Shown one piece after another: positions 1 to 13,768 of a DNA stretch of 64,000 nucleotides. The translations under genes were made by a program, and so were the position numbers. Within the stretch, counting starts at the first letter, position 1. Every line of letters begins with the position of its first letter. The notes under the pieces were generated by a model. The model was not told where the DNA came from. It saw only the letters and a program-made list of their open reading frames with translations, and ran no database searches. The DNA comes from Octopus bimaculoides. Taxonomy: Eukaryota. Location: the NCBI RefSeq assembly GCF_001194135.2, contig NC_068981.1:167243218-167307217 (forward strand), read 5' to 3'.

Positions 1-1284
1 AGATAATTTTTTTCTTTAAGATCTCCAAAAACAAAGAATTTGATCAGCGGATTTTTTTTCCAGTGGAATTTATTGATTAGTTGTTTTAATATACCTTAGA
101 CTTATCGATATTTTGTTTCCATAATATTATATCTCTGCTAGAATGCCATATCGGTCTTAATGTTGTCATTTAGACACAAATCAGCCTTTAATGAACCGAA
201 GAATAGCATTATCAAGTGCGACGTATATATTCACTCGCTATTCGTTTTATTATAAAATAAAAAAATTTAGGTTTTGGTCAACGAAAGCTTACAGATTGAT
301 TGCTATATTTATTGACAATATTTTTACTAATATTTACAATTCAAAGTAGCAAGCATAGCCCTTAATCTTTTTTCAACTGAAGTTTGAATAATGAATAAAT
401 TAATAATCAGTAAATGTATACCTCCCACCCGATAAGTAATCAGTCAAAAATCTAGATCATTGCTGCCAAACATAGGACCAAACAGTGGCTTGTCTATCAT
501 CTGACGTACGGTGTGACAGTGCAACGGTGTTAACTTTTACTATTCTTCAATCTGTTTCTCTACAGATGTAAGTTCTAATGGTAGCCATCAATCATATAAA
601 ACAAATCAATCGCATAAGAAAGCTGTGGAAAGAGTACAAAGTCACGGCGGTGCTTCAGCATGACGGCAGCCGCATGGGTGAGATACACACACATACATAT
701 GTTTATACATAGAGATATACATGTAAAAACAAAAGTAAATGAGTATATGCATATATACGTACAGGTATGTGCATACCGACATCCACCTGTATGTATAGGT
801 GCATATCTGGGTACAGGACATTGCAAACAAACGTAGACGAGAACACACGAGCCACATAGAGAACATTCTACTTCATCAGCTACCCACGTTTTAACACCGG
901 CGTTTCGACGAGCTTCGGGCAGGACGCAACGTTAAAACGGCTCGTCCCATGGATCGCAGATTAAATCTGTATACGCAAATTAAATCTAGCCATGGAGGAA
1001 TGTAGTGGCGGACAAAAAACAAGACAGAAAAACAAACAGAAGGCTTTACGGCCAGACGAGAAAAATTATGTGTGTATGAACGCGATGAGGCACGGAACCG
1101 AGAGAGACANNNNNNNNNNNNNNNNNNNNNNCAAGGAAGGAAAGGATTATTGACCGGAAGCATGTGACCATGCCGGTGTAAAGGGAAGAGAGAGAGTGGT
1201 AGAGGGAGAAAGAGAGGGAGGAAGTAGAAGAATGGTGAGCAACGAGAGGAAAAAAGAAAAAGAGGAAATACGAGGGGGAAAAAA

Positions 1285-1402
1285 GAGATACGTAGTAGTA
1301 ACAGAGGAAGAACAAGAGGGGTAAGGCGAGATACGTAGTAGTACAGAGGAAGAACAAGAGGGGTAAGGCGAGATACGTAGTAGTACAGAGGAAGAACGAG
1401 GG
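1285..1402. repeat. Minisatellite, ~42-43 bp unit, ~2.8 copies
   Basis: GAGATACGTAGTAGTA(A)CAGAGGAAGAACAAGAGGGGTAAGGC starts at 1285, 1328 and 1370. Confidence 0.9.
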
Positions 1403-1564
1403 AATGAATATGAGTAATATTTACTCATCGATACAGTTAACTATACATGTACATATATACACATATATATATATGTATATGTACATGTATATACAGATAC
1501 GTACGCGCGCGCGTGTGTGGTGTGTGTGTGGTGTGTGTGTGTGCGTGTGTGTGCGTGCGTGCGT

Positions 1565-1636
<72 letters not shown>

Positions 1637-1815
1637 ATAATGAAACTATAGTGGAGAATTCTCGACAGCAGAATGCTGAGACGAGTGGCTTTCCGCAGTT
1701 AATTGTAAACTACGTTGCTATAATTCCAAAGCCTGTCTGTTGACTCCTCTCCAATGTTCATAAAATGCATTCTAATGAATATGAGTAATATTTACTCATC
1801 GATACAGTTAACTAT
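1403..1815. repeat. Identical 42-bp direct repeat (1403-1444, 1774-1815) around a compound TA/TG/GT microsatellite
   Basis: AATGAATATGAGTAATATTTACTCATCGATACAGTTAACTAT occurs twice; it contains the palindrome ATGAGTAA-TAT-TTACTCAT. Confidence 0.9.
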
Positions 1816-2079
1816 GCTTTCCCTCTGCCCTTTTTATATCATGCCCTTATAATGGCTTCTTATTCAGCACATTTAAATCAGCTTATTGCCAAGGAAGACT
1901 CACTTTGCCACATGAAGACGCATCACTCATCCGATCTGACATCAATAACCCGTACATATGTGTGTGCGCGCGCGCGCGCGCGTGTGTTTCATAGGCACTA
2001 AAGCAGCCTACATTAACTGAATGAAGGACTTAATACAAAAGTAACGACTGATATCTTTTAATGATACTATTATTACCTC

Positions 2080-2313
2080 ATGCTCTGTATCTAGCGAGAT
2101 TGGAAAGGAATCCTGTACTATGAGCTTCTGCCAAGTAACCAGTCAATTAATTCTGAGAAGCACTGCTTGCAACTGGACGATTTAAAGGCGGCAATTCAAG
2201 AAAAACGTCCAGAATTGGCGAACAGAAAAGGTATTGTTTTCCATCAGGATAATACCAGACTTCACGTTTCTTTGGCGACCCGTCAAAAATTGTTGAAGTT
2301 TGGCCTGGATGAG
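2080..2313 (+). mobile_element. Mariner transposase fragment (Hsmar1/SETMAR-like catalytic region), decayed
   Basis: Manual translation from 2080: MLCI*RDWKGILYYELLPSNQSINSEKHCLQLDDLKAAIQEKRPELANRKGIVFHQDNTRLHVSLATRQKLLKFG. The WKGILYYELL and FHQDN motifs are typical of mariner; one in-frame stop. Confidence 0.9.
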
Positions 2314-3183
2314 TGACGTCATTAATCTAGGGTATAATGAGTAGATAGCATACATGAGACTCATGGGAATATAGAACAGAATAACACTAACTTAGAACTA
2401 AATGAATAACTTACGAACTTTGTGTTCCGTCACATGTACTTACATATTCACCTATCATGAAAGAGTTATCGTATGATAGTGTCAGTGGAATTAAAAGAAA
2501 AAAAAACTTGAATTCATTGGCAGCTGTTGGTTTTCCATAAACATACTATATTCAGGCTTGCACTTTGGAGAAGAACTTTCTAGGTGCCAGTTCATAATTT
2601 CTCATGGTACAGGTCCATGGAGGCTATCGATTTATTAAATGAGATAGTAGATATGTTTTGTATTTTCTCAAGTGAGAAGCACAACGGCATCATCGAAATA
2701 TGAACTGAGGAGCCGGAGATTTTTTTCGTCGTAAGACACACACCTTGGACACTCGTATAAACACTTGTGATATTATATGTCACGACGAGTTATAAATTGT
2801 ATGTATGTAAAGCAGAAATAAGTTGTAGGTTTAGAAGTCAATGTAACATAAGAAAAGAATTAACATTATATTTAATTATCTCATGGATCAATTCCAATAT
2901 TCGTAGAATCTGAAACTGATTGCATACTACAGATATATTATATTCAGAGTTTGGAAGGAAACTAATTCTATTAGATTGTTCAATTAAGAATCTGATCTTA
3001 AATTAACATTTCAAACATGAGAATATTTACAGGAAACCTGCAATCAGTTTGACTAAACATGAATTGCAACATAATATATTATATTCCAATATAGTTGGGG
3101 AAATTTAAGATCTTCAACAATAATTTTGTCGAAGATTTTGCAAGTTTTGATAGATATTCACTCCATTATTTGTTTGGACAACG

Positions 3184-3395
3184 GCGGCGGAGTAGCAGAA
3201 TTGTTAGAAAATGTCTTGCAGTATCACTTCTGGCTTTTTACATTCTGAGTTCAAATCCTACCGAAGTCAACTTTGCTTTTTTTTTTCAGCGTCGATAAAA
3301 TAAAGAACCGTTAGGTATAGGGGTCGATATTATGGATAAAACCTTCCCCTCGAAATTGCTTGCCTTGTCCCTAAATCAAAAATCATTAATATTTT
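3184..3395 (+). mobile_element. SINE family A, degenerate copy
   Basis: Matches better copies (e.g. 10203): CTGAGTTCAAATCC...GAAGTCAACTTTGC...GTCGATAAAATAA...GGGGTCGAT. Confidence 0.7.
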
Positions 3396-3494
3396 TACCA
3401 TAAAGTTCCTAAGTATTACAAAATCTCCATCGCACTTGATAATTTTTCAGGTACAGGAATTCCTTTGAAGGACAAAAATGAGTAGGTGGAATGT

Positions 3495-3568
3495 CAAGAT
3501 AGCATAAGAATATATCCAACATTAACAATCACAAGATAACATAAGAACATATCCAACATTAACAATCA
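3495..3568. repeat. 37-bp tandem duplication
   Basis: CAAGATA(G/A)CATAAGAA(T/C)ATATCCAACATTAACAATCA x2, 2 mismatches. Confidence 0.85.
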
Positions 3569-3783
3569 CTCTGGCTACTTGTAATTTCGAGTTTAGAACC
3601 ATCCATAATTAGCATAAAATTTCCCGAATTGTAAAGCAGAGTAATTGTATGCGTGTTACCAATTGAATAAACTTACCATTCCAATACGTCCTCTTGTTTG
3701 TTATTGTTGTATTTGATGTTCGATTGTTAATGTTCAACTTTTAATATTCGATTTGACTATGCGTGGCTGTATGATAATAATCC

Positions 3784-3940
3784 TTAGGGTTTTAGGGTTA
3801 GGGTTAGGGTTATGAGTATTTTTGCCAAACCCAAACCCTAACCCTAACCCTAAAACTCTAATCCAAACCCTAATCCTAACCCTAAAACTCTAACCATAAC
3901 CCTAACTCTAAAACCCGAACCCTAACCCTAAAACCCTAAA
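3784..3940. repeat. Interstitial telomere-like repeats, (TTAGGG)n facing degenerate (CCCTAA)n
   Basis: TTAGGG-type units at 3784-3812, a 14-nt spacer, then CCCTAA-type units at 3827-3940. Confidence 0.85.
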
Positions 3941-4964
3941 GTTAAAACCAGTACAAATGCACGAACAATGTCATAAATAACAGTACTGCCGATAGTTGTT
4001 GTTGACAAACAACAGCACTAATTTTATTCAAAGGAAAAGATTCCATTACACCGCTAGAACGTCTTGTTTACATTCCACAGCAGTAATTGTTTTCACCTCA
4101 ATAGACGTCAGTGATTGCTTGAAATTACCGAAATACGACAACTTTTAACATGAAATAACTTCGAATATGAAATTTTTTTCTCTGAAGACAAAATATACAA
4201 GTATACGAAGTTTTAAAGTGTTTCGGTAGAAAACACTAAATAAAACATAAACAAAAATTGGCGCCCGCCAAATCAGAAAGATCCCACATATACACATGGA
4301 GACACACATATCAGCTGAACGTCTATGTAGTCTTTGATTAGAGTTTCTTAACGATCGGGCAATCTTCAAATGCCACGTGAATAAAGGATACTTATTAAAA
4401 ACACACCAGCAAAAAAAATCGATAACATGCTTAGCAATCACATTCAGATGTACAGATGAGTATATTACATACTTGAAATATCAATCACAAAACTCCAAAT
4501 TAGAATCAGACAACACACCCTCACTCGTAACACCCAGCACTATCACTGAACCGGATTATTTTTCTTTTAAAAAGAAAGAACTTCATCCTTGAAACAACTA
4601 TTTCAAGAACACCTGGTTGACGCAAATGTAAAAACAATAAATACATTCAACAAACTACATACATTGGGTAGTCTTTACTTTCTTCTCTATTTAAAATTCC
4701 GAAACATTAAATTAACACCAGGCGGCGAGCTTGTAGAATCGTTATTATTGTCCTTGTGTCAGAATCACATGTTCATGCGCGCGTGTATGCGTGTGCGTGC
4801 GTACGCGTGTGTGTGTGTGTGTTTGTATATATGTGTACCTGCATATAAGTCTATGTATGTGCACTAGTGTGTGAACATACCATTTTACAGTTTATATTCT
4901 TTAATAGACTAAGGCTTAGATAACACACTGGAAAGTGACCTGATATTGATTAAATCAATTAAGG

Positions 4965-5219
4965 CAGTAGTTCTCAATATAGACTTGATTCTAATTTTAC
5001 TCTAGTGGACACTAATTTTACTCTGGTGGATACTTATAACCATCCGATGTTTAGAAATCCTATTGTATTTTTATCAAATATTATTAGGAATTGTATTTAA
5101 AAAATTGTTAAAATATTCGGTGTATTGTAGAAATATAAGAAATTTATTGCTCATAAATTTGAACAAAAAAACTTATATGGAACCCCAAGAGCCATATGGA
5201 CCTCGATTGAGAACCATTG
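4965..5219. mobile_element. Possible hAT-Charlie-type MITE
   Basis: Ends CAGTAGTTCTCAA (4965-4977) and TTGAGAACCATTG (5207-5219) are imperfect inverted repeats resembling the CAGTGGTTCTCAA TIR; flanking 8-mers match only 5/8. Confidence 0.45.
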
Positions 5220-6978
5220 ACTTGAAGAGTCTCAAAGTGGTTTCAACATGGCTGTTAGAAATAACGGCCAAATTTTCTTTAAACCACATCCTACTGTCTT
5301 AAACGAGGAAGAGCATAATGGTTAATTCAGCTCTAGACATTTTATGCTTGAAAATAAGATGTGAGAGTCACAGCTAGATTGTCTTTGATAATAAATCTCT
5401 TTGATCAAGGCTGAACGTAAAGTAAAGGATTAATTCTTCGGTATAGTTGTTTTACTGTTTCTAATTTTGAAATTAACTTTCATTTTGCAACGATTAAAAG
5501 AAATACTTCCCTGTTTACTATAAGTATCTCATGTTTTTTGTTTTAAATAATGGAACAGTCTCCAGACAGTCATGCATAGAAACGAATGGTGATCATCGCA
5601 GAAATTAACTTAGCACTCGACGAAAATAATTCACTAATCAGTCTTGATCCCTGGATGGTGCTAATTCATTTTAATTATGTTGTTAATAATGACATGCACA
5701 TCATACATACTAATTTCTCCTTTTTCTTTAAAACCAGGGAGACTTGTATCTAAGTAAGAAGATGTAGGTCATAACTTTAATATATGTGCATAGATATTTG
5801 GATTTCCTTCAAGCCAGTTGTTATAATCTAATTCTGCCATATCAATAACCATAACTATCGCAGAATGACTAATAATTCATTTCTATTCGATTATCACCAA
5901 CCCTATGGACGTAAAAGCATTGTATATCTAAAGAGTGTGGAGACAACGTTTATTCGATTTCTGTAGGTACCAAGAAAGTGTATTGTGTATTTCTACTAAT
6001 CAAACTAATGTTCGTTGTGAGATTCAAAAATTTCGGAGGCAATACGTCAAAATGATGAATGAGAGACATGACATATATGCTGAGAGGAAAACAGTTTACT
6101 ATTAAAAAAAAATTTCTATAGACCATCAATTGCTTCCACGCTATTAGGTTCGACAACCCGTGAGAAGAAACCGAATCCTAATAATTCTATATATTAAAGA
6201 CAAATATGCCAACACATATGCATATTGAGTAACACACGTTTACAATGGCATTTACTTATGTGTAACCTTAGCTATAGAATACATTTCTTTATATCTGCTT
6301 TTATCTATTTCTCGGTCTCTCACTCTTTATTGTAGTTGTAATAAAAGCGAAAAATTATGACGTTGGGATATTTAAGAGAAAATTTATGACTCATTTTGAA
6401 GAGATTTTGGACATTCTTGGGGTAGAATAAACGAAATTTTGCCCTTTATTGGTCAAACAAAAATTTTTAGATTCATGGGATTAATTTGATGCTATACAGT
6501 GGCAAAGCTTTTCAGTAAAATCTATCTTGAACGTCTGGATAACGTCATTTCTTGTGGGCATCGCGAAACGTTCATTGCTCGAGTTAACCGATAATTGAAC
6601 TGGAATTGACTTCGAAGAAGCCTACATATAGTTGTGGGTAAAGCGTGTAAAATATGCTTGGATATTCCAATTGACTGATGAATGAAACCATATCTGTGAG
6701 GAATATTGTGTACCGCTATCCACTGGATATGATATAATATGTATGTAAGAAATGACATTGAATTATTTTATATTGTAACTATAGTTGACATATGGACATG
6801 GTTAGAAAATAATGACAGCAATACAAGAAAAAGAGAGGAAATAGTAAGGGAATTTTTAAAAGATTCTTTAATTCGAGAAATGAGACATACTTAAAATGTT
6901 TCATCTCTTCATTACTTTAAACGACACGGTTGTCTATTTTATGGTATGACTGACTCAAACATTCAATATCTGAACTGC

Positions 6979-7085
<107 letters not shown>

Positions 7086-9492
7086 TCTCGTATATATCGT
7101 ATTTCATTTCACAGAGAGCTCTACTGGAGATTTTTTTTTTAATATTCTAAACATGTTTTTCCATAAAAAGACTACTTCTGCAGCTGTTTTCAGCCGCGCT
7201 GATCTGTTAAGAAATAATGAATTATATTTGATTATCGCACATTTTTGACGACTGCTCATTTTTTTACTTCCGATAAAGTATTGCTATCCTCTAAACGCAC
7301 GCCAACTACAGACATTATGTTTAGTATGTTTTTTCCAAGCACGTAATCAAACTGTAATCTTTCGGATTAGCAGTTGTAGTGAGAATTTTAGTTCTTAATT
7401 CCATTATCCATTCTGATGTTGTTTATAAATCTTGTTGTTATAGTCTAGGTCAGTTCTGTTCGAGCCGATCTTCGATAAAAGGCTTTCCAGTTGTGATGAT
7501 ACTGCTAGTTTTTATTCAAGTAGAGTATATCTCGGATTACGATACATTATGATAGCAAAGATGCTCTTCCAAGGGTTAATTGTTCTGTTATCCTATATTT
7601 CATCCGTTTTTTTAAACCAGAGCATTTTCGTGTTAAGACATCATGCATTTTTATATCTTTTGAAATAGTTTTCCGTTATTATTTTCATGTGTATTTATTA
7701 TGTATGTTTAGTTTCCTGTAATGCAGTTCTATCCTTTAAATAGATATTTCTGTCTGAACAACCGCTCATGATTTTCAATTTCGCCGGATTAGTTTGGTTT
7801 TGATTTGCTTTCTCTTTTACTTCCGAAATATTTTTTTACTTACTATATTTTCTAAATATTATAACAATTTTTGTTTTCGTTGTTCAATTCTGTAAATCTT
7901 CTCTGCCCATATCACTAAATATTGACAGTTTCCATATTTTTCTATATTTTCTAAATCCGAGAGAAGCTGATATATTTTCTTAAAGGCGTACGTAATCATT
8001 TTAACGTGACGTGACAACCTCTGCAGTATAGATTATCATGTTTTCTTTTTGATATTTCTGAACTTTTCTCTATACACTGATACTGATGTAACTGGACATA
8101 TAGTTTTATCAGACATTCATTGATGAAGATTATTTTAGAAACAACTTTTTCTTACTTGAACTCTCAAAAATTCGCCTATAGCCTTGTATGTCACTATTTT
8201 AATATCCTTTGTGTCAGCATTTTACTGCTTCAGGTTCACTGGTTTGTTGGTGAATTGCTTCTCGATTTGATACCAAAGAACGAAATAATTACAGTTGCTA
8301 CTTCTTCTGCCACTCGCCGCTCCGTTTTCGTTTTCTTTTGTTTTCCTAGTTCATCTGGGCAGAAATCCTTCAAGAAAATCTTACTTCAACTCGTATAGAA
8401 ATTGGGCTTTCTGCTCTGCATCACCAGTCTAATTTTCCTCTTTTATCTTTTTCACAATGGATTACATCTTTGGAACAATCTTATATTCTTCAGGAGTTAC
8501 CAGTTCTTGTATTTCTCATGCATTTCCCATCCAACGATTTGCTATCTCGAAAGACCTCCTTGCTCACCACCTACCCGTACTGTGCTGCAAAAGTAGGTTA
8601 GAGGTTAAAGGTTAAGTCATTGCCAATATATCTTTGACTTTGCAATTTATATTCTGTCTCTTCATAGTTTCAGCCTGTGGGAAGGGATTTGTTGCATCAT
8701 TCTACCCGTTGCCTTGCCGCCTTCTCAATTTTAAAGACTAGGCATATACTTCTATATGTTTTACTACGATAAATGGAACAGTCATCGTTCTACACATCGG
8801 CCTGGGCTTCTTCCAACTGCTCTTTTGTGGGCATATGAAGGCCCTTCCGTTTTGGTAAAACTAAATTATGTTATTTCCCTCTTTGGTTGCTTCTAGTTGT
8901 ATTCAAAGTTTTTATTCGAACTGGGATGTGCTTGATTTAAAATCTTTATCACTGCCATTAAAGAAGCCCACTTTCGTTTGGTGAGTTTTAACTTTTATTT
9001 CAACTCCCTGAAGTGGAGAACTGTCAGGTCTTAAATTTTGTTTTGTAAAATTCTGTTTTTACTCGAAAAAATAGGCATTCGTGAAGAGATACTAGTGTTT
9101 ACCGTCTAGAAATGTAATGCAGAGATAAAGAGAGAGCGTTTAAATGAAACCGAACTAGAGAGAGACAGAGAGATGCATAGGTCAGATGACTCTTTTATTA
9201 GGAACATTGCAGTAAGTACCATGGAAACAACATACGACGTTAGAAGGGAAACAAACATCCCTGTGTGTCTGTTTCTGATTTTAAAGAGAAAATAAAAACA
9301 ATAACAGTAACTGTAAGAACAACATCAACGACAATAACGACAACAACAAAATTAGACGAGAACTTCGTTTGTTGCGATAACCAGATAAAGAATCTGAGTC
9401 ACTCGATTGCCAGGAAAAAATATGTTAAAAATATAAATTACGCGCCCAAATTTGATGAAAGTTCTAATCACTAAGTTACAAAATACTCCATA

Positions 9493-9541
<49 letters not shown>

Positions 9542-9719
9542 AATTTTAAACATAGTATATAAGTATATAAACATTAATGGAAAAAAAACCTACTGTATCC
9601 CCTTCATCAACAACACAAGTAAAATAACCCTTTGAAATTTGGTGGAAGGGATTAAATCGATTACATGCCTACAGGAAGTGTGGTCTTATAGTAAAATATA
9701 TAACAAGAGGTAAGCGGCA

Positions 9720-9930
9720 CGGGACAGGCTGTAACAGGAGCTAAAATTAGTTAGAAAAGTCGGTGGGACTGTAGCTCGGCACCTTGAGAAGCAGGTCCAT
9801 GTTCAACAGAATCGTGGAATTGTGGATAGACAGACTGATTGAATTGCTCGGTGTCTGTTATGGTTTTGATCTCCAGGTGGAAAAAAATTGGAACAAGGTG
9901 ACTTTCAGAGTAGTGTGGTAAGATCTCTAT
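9720..9930 (-). mobile_element. Possible decayed CR1/L2-group LINE 3' end
   Basis: Minus-strand translation STILLN...VPSY...F weakly resembles the T-x-x-LWN-x-LP...Y...FK terminal motif seen at 12870. Confidence 0.35.
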
Positions 9931-9944
9931 TAAAAAAAAAAAAA

Positions 9945-10128
9945 TGCCAGGTAAAGTGCTTAGCGGCATTTCGTCTGTCTTTACATTCTGAGTTCAAATT
10001 CCGCTGAGGTCGACTTTGTCTTTCATTCTTTCGGGGGCGATAAAATGGCTACCAGTGAAACAGTGGGTCGATGTAATCGACTAGTCCCCTCCCACGAAAT
10101 TTCAGGCCTTGTGCCTATAGTAGAAAGG
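9945..10128 (+). mobile_element. SINE family A, 5'-truncated, (ATT)n tail to 10200
   Basis: TGCTTAGCGGCATTTCG...GAGTTCAAATTCCGCTGAGGTCGACTTTG...TTTCAGGCCTTGTGCCTATAGTAGAAAGG followed by (ATT)n. Confidence 0.9.
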
Positions 10129-10202
<74 letters not shown>

Positions 10203-10412
10203 GGCGGTGAGCTGACAGAATCGTTAGCACGCCGGGCGAAATGCTTAGTGGTATTTCGTCTGTCGCTACGTTTGAGTTCAAATTCCGCCGAGGTCGACTT
10301 TGCCTTTCATCCGTGCGGGGTCGATAAATTAAGTACCAGTTGCGTACTAGGGTCGATGTAATCGACTGCTTCCTCCCCCAAATTTTCAGGCCTTGTGCCA
10401 ATAGTAGAAAGG
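10203..10412 (+). mobile_element. SINE family A, full length (tRNA-like head)
   Basis: Head GGCGGTGAGCTGACAGAATCG, B-box-like GAGTTCAAATTCC, short (ATT)n tail. Confidence 0.92.
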
Positions 10413-10426
10413 ATTATTATTATCAA

Positions 10427-10638
10427 GGCGGCGAAATGGTAGAATCGTTTGCATGCCGGACAAAATATTTGGCGGAAATTTTTCGGGCTCTCCTTTTTGA
10501 GTTCAAATTTTGCCGATGTCGACTTTGCTTTTTAACCTTTCGGCTTCGATAAAATAAGTAGCAGTTGAGTACTGGGGTCGATCTAATCGACTGGTTTCCC
10601 ACCCCCAAATGTCAAACCTTATGCGTTTAGTAGAAAGG
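10427..10638 (+). mobile_element. SINE family A, full length, diverged
   Basis: Collinear with the 10203 copy; ends GTAGAAAGGATTATT. Confidence 0.88.
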
Positions 10639-11888
10639 ATTATTATCATTATTTTAATGTTTATAGCATCCTAGCAGATATAAAGGGTATTGACAAGGAG
10701 GGAAGGAGGGATGGAGGGAGAGAGAGAGAGAGAGGAAACAGGAGAGCAAATACATGAGAGGAAAGAAGGTAAGCAAGAAAGAGAGAGAGGGAGAAAGAGA
10801 GAGAGGTAGAAAAAGAAAGGACATGCATGGCACCAACAAGGCTTGTATACATAATCGACATACATGGTGCAAGGCTTCATGCAATCCAAGAAATTATTAA
10901 AACTATTAAGACGATTCCAAAGCCTGTAATGGATATCCACATCATCTAGCATGTTAGCCCTGTCTCCTAACAGGGGGGAAACTAAAGAAAACTATAAGAA
11001 ATAATTATCTAATTTTGAATAATGCTATCAAAATTACTTTCTGTGTAATTTGATTCAAGTTTCGAATATGCAATCTTCTAAATCTTTCACAACTAAGAAG
11101 AATTTTGTATTTTGATGAATGGCTTCATATTCAACTCCTGCAGCTAGCAATTGAATACAGATTTAAACACGAAGAACTTATGAAAATATTCCAGCGCAAG
11201 ATCTCAATGCGAATCTCTTTTTGATTTATGCAAATGCAGCCTGTCATATATATTGGTGTCTTCATAAAATCAGCTGTGCTTTGTAATTATTTACATTGCT
11301 TCTAATATTCGATATTCCCAAGGACTTTTATAATTCGATACTTATATCCTATCCAGATACTGTTTGTGTATGCGACAATAACGTCACAGATCATATATAC
11401 ACATGCATATATACACACGTCTATTCTTACACGTGTGCAGACACGCATGGAATCCAATACACGTATATGCACATAAATACACACACATGTATTCATACAC
11501 ATACGCACGCATACGCACACACTGAGTGACACACAGGCATACAGATAAGAACATGGATACTTATATACATATATATACGCGCTTGTACACACACTCACAC
11601 GTACATAGACATATCCACTGCGATGGTAATAGACAGGAAACTACTTATACTTACTGCTATTGTGAAAAATTACAACGAGCTGCGAGCTAACGAGGAATCT
11701 TCTGCAAAAGACAGTAGCCAAATACCCCTCAAATTTTACTTATTTAAGCCACTCGATCTCTATTGACATTTGGCCATCGAAGACTTTTCTCTACTGTTTT
11801 CGACTCTGGACCGTCTTTTGGCCTCTCCTGGGTCTTGTTGGCCTTGAACTGTCATCGATGCTTCTGTAACTTTGATCTTTCCTACATA

Positions 11889-12380
<492 letters not shown>

Positions 12381-12484
12381 CCCGTAATGAAAACTCTAAT
12401 TATTAGTGTTAATGATAATTCTTGTCAAGAAAGGTAAGTGAGACAATTCCGAAACATATCCGAAGTTCTCACTGTATTTATTGA

Positions 12485-12537
<53 letters not shown>

Positions 12538-12599
12538 TCTCTAAACTCCAACACACCTGCTAGATTCTGCCACATTCTGCAAGTGTATACATATGTTAA

Positions 12600-12818
12600 G
12601 GCGGCGAGCTGGCAGAACCGTCAGCACGCCGAGCAAAATGCTTTGCAGCATTTCGTCCGTCTTTACGTTCTGAGTTCAAATTATGATTATGCCGAAGTCA
12701 CCTTTGCTTTTCATCCTTTCAAGATCAATAAAATGAATACCAGTTGAACAATGGGGGTCGATGTAATCGACTAGTCCCCTCCCCACAAATTTCAGGCCGT
12801 GTGCCAAAATTTGAAACC
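12600..12818 (+). mobile_element. SINE family A, full length
   Basis: GGCGGCGAGCTGGCAGAACCGTCAGC...GAGTTCAAATT...GGGGTCGATGTAATCGACTAGTCCCCTCCCC. Confidence 0.9.
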
Positions 12819-12869
12819 AATCTGTGCATATGCAATCTGCATGAAATTCAGGCCATCAAATTTCAACGG

Positions 12870-13205
12870 CGACGTTGTGTCCTACTCATCTCTGTCCTTT
12901 TTACCACTATCATAACGGCCTCTGCCCCTCGCTTCTGACTGAGCTCATGTCACACGCACTCTGTCACTACCGATGCACTTGTCTCTCCTCCTACCATCCT
13001 CTTGTTGTGTGCACCCTTCTCAGGCTCCACACTAACTCAGTATTTCCTTCCCAGAACGTCGGTCCCCTGGAATGTCCTCCCTGTTCATGTTATTCTTGCA
13101 ATTGCTGTGACTTGTTGACTTTCAAAAATCCAAGAGGGACATTAATGGTATTAACCTTACCGGTCTCGGAGATACTCTGAAGGCTATGGGCCTTGTCCCT
13201 CCCTC
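12870..13205 (+). mobile_element. CR1/L2-group LINE 3' fragment, decayed
   Basis: Frameshifted translation FYHYHNGLCPS.LTEL...HPLVV...FLPRTSVPWNVLP...FK follows the FY-x-Y-x-x-G-x-C...HP...FFPRT-x-x-LWN-x-LP C-terminal pattern. Confidence 0.7.
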
Positions 13206-13292
13206 CGGTCATAACAAGTAAGGTATGTAAGTGTAAACGGCTTAATTCAATAAAAACTAACTGCTAGAATAATAAACATATATACAATTATG

Positions 13293-13348
<56 letters not shown>

Positions 13349-13495
13349 ATACATGCATACTTACATACATACATGCATATTCCCCACATCTAGATAATTC
13401 TTGTTCTCTCCACTTTTCCCCTAATTGACACCGAACAATCATTATAATTATTATTTTAGAAAAATTATTTTCAGTTTCAGAAAATTAAAATAGAC

Positions 13496-13768
13496 TGGCA
13501 TTCCCTCGGTTGCGATGACAAGTGTTCCAGCTGATCCAACCAACGGAACAGCCAACTCGTGAAATTAACGCTGAAGTGGCTGAGCACTCCGAAAACGTGA
13601 GTTGTCATAACGTAGTTCTCAAGGGGATTCAAGGGAACACACTGAATATGACAAGACTGGCTCTTTCATTGCTAGCTGACTGAAGCGGAGCAACGAAAAA
13701 TAAAGTGTCTTGTTCAAGACACAAGGCGCCGCCAGGAATTGAACTCACGACCTTACGACCGTGAACCA
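13496..13768 (-). mobile_element. SINE family C, decayed
   Basis: Reverse complement of the 43159 copy (GCTCGTGAAATTAACG, GTGGCTGAGCACTCC, TAACGTAGTTCTC). Confidence 0.8.

Noticed and set aside
6500-6600. KLFSKIYLERL, resembling an RT domain 2 motif
   Set aside because: Isolated match with no neighbouring RT motifs in any frame.
12407-12433. Possible 27-nt exon (AG|TGTTAATG...AAG|GTAAGT)
   Set aside because: The donor is strong, but there is almost no polypyrimidine tract and no linked exons.
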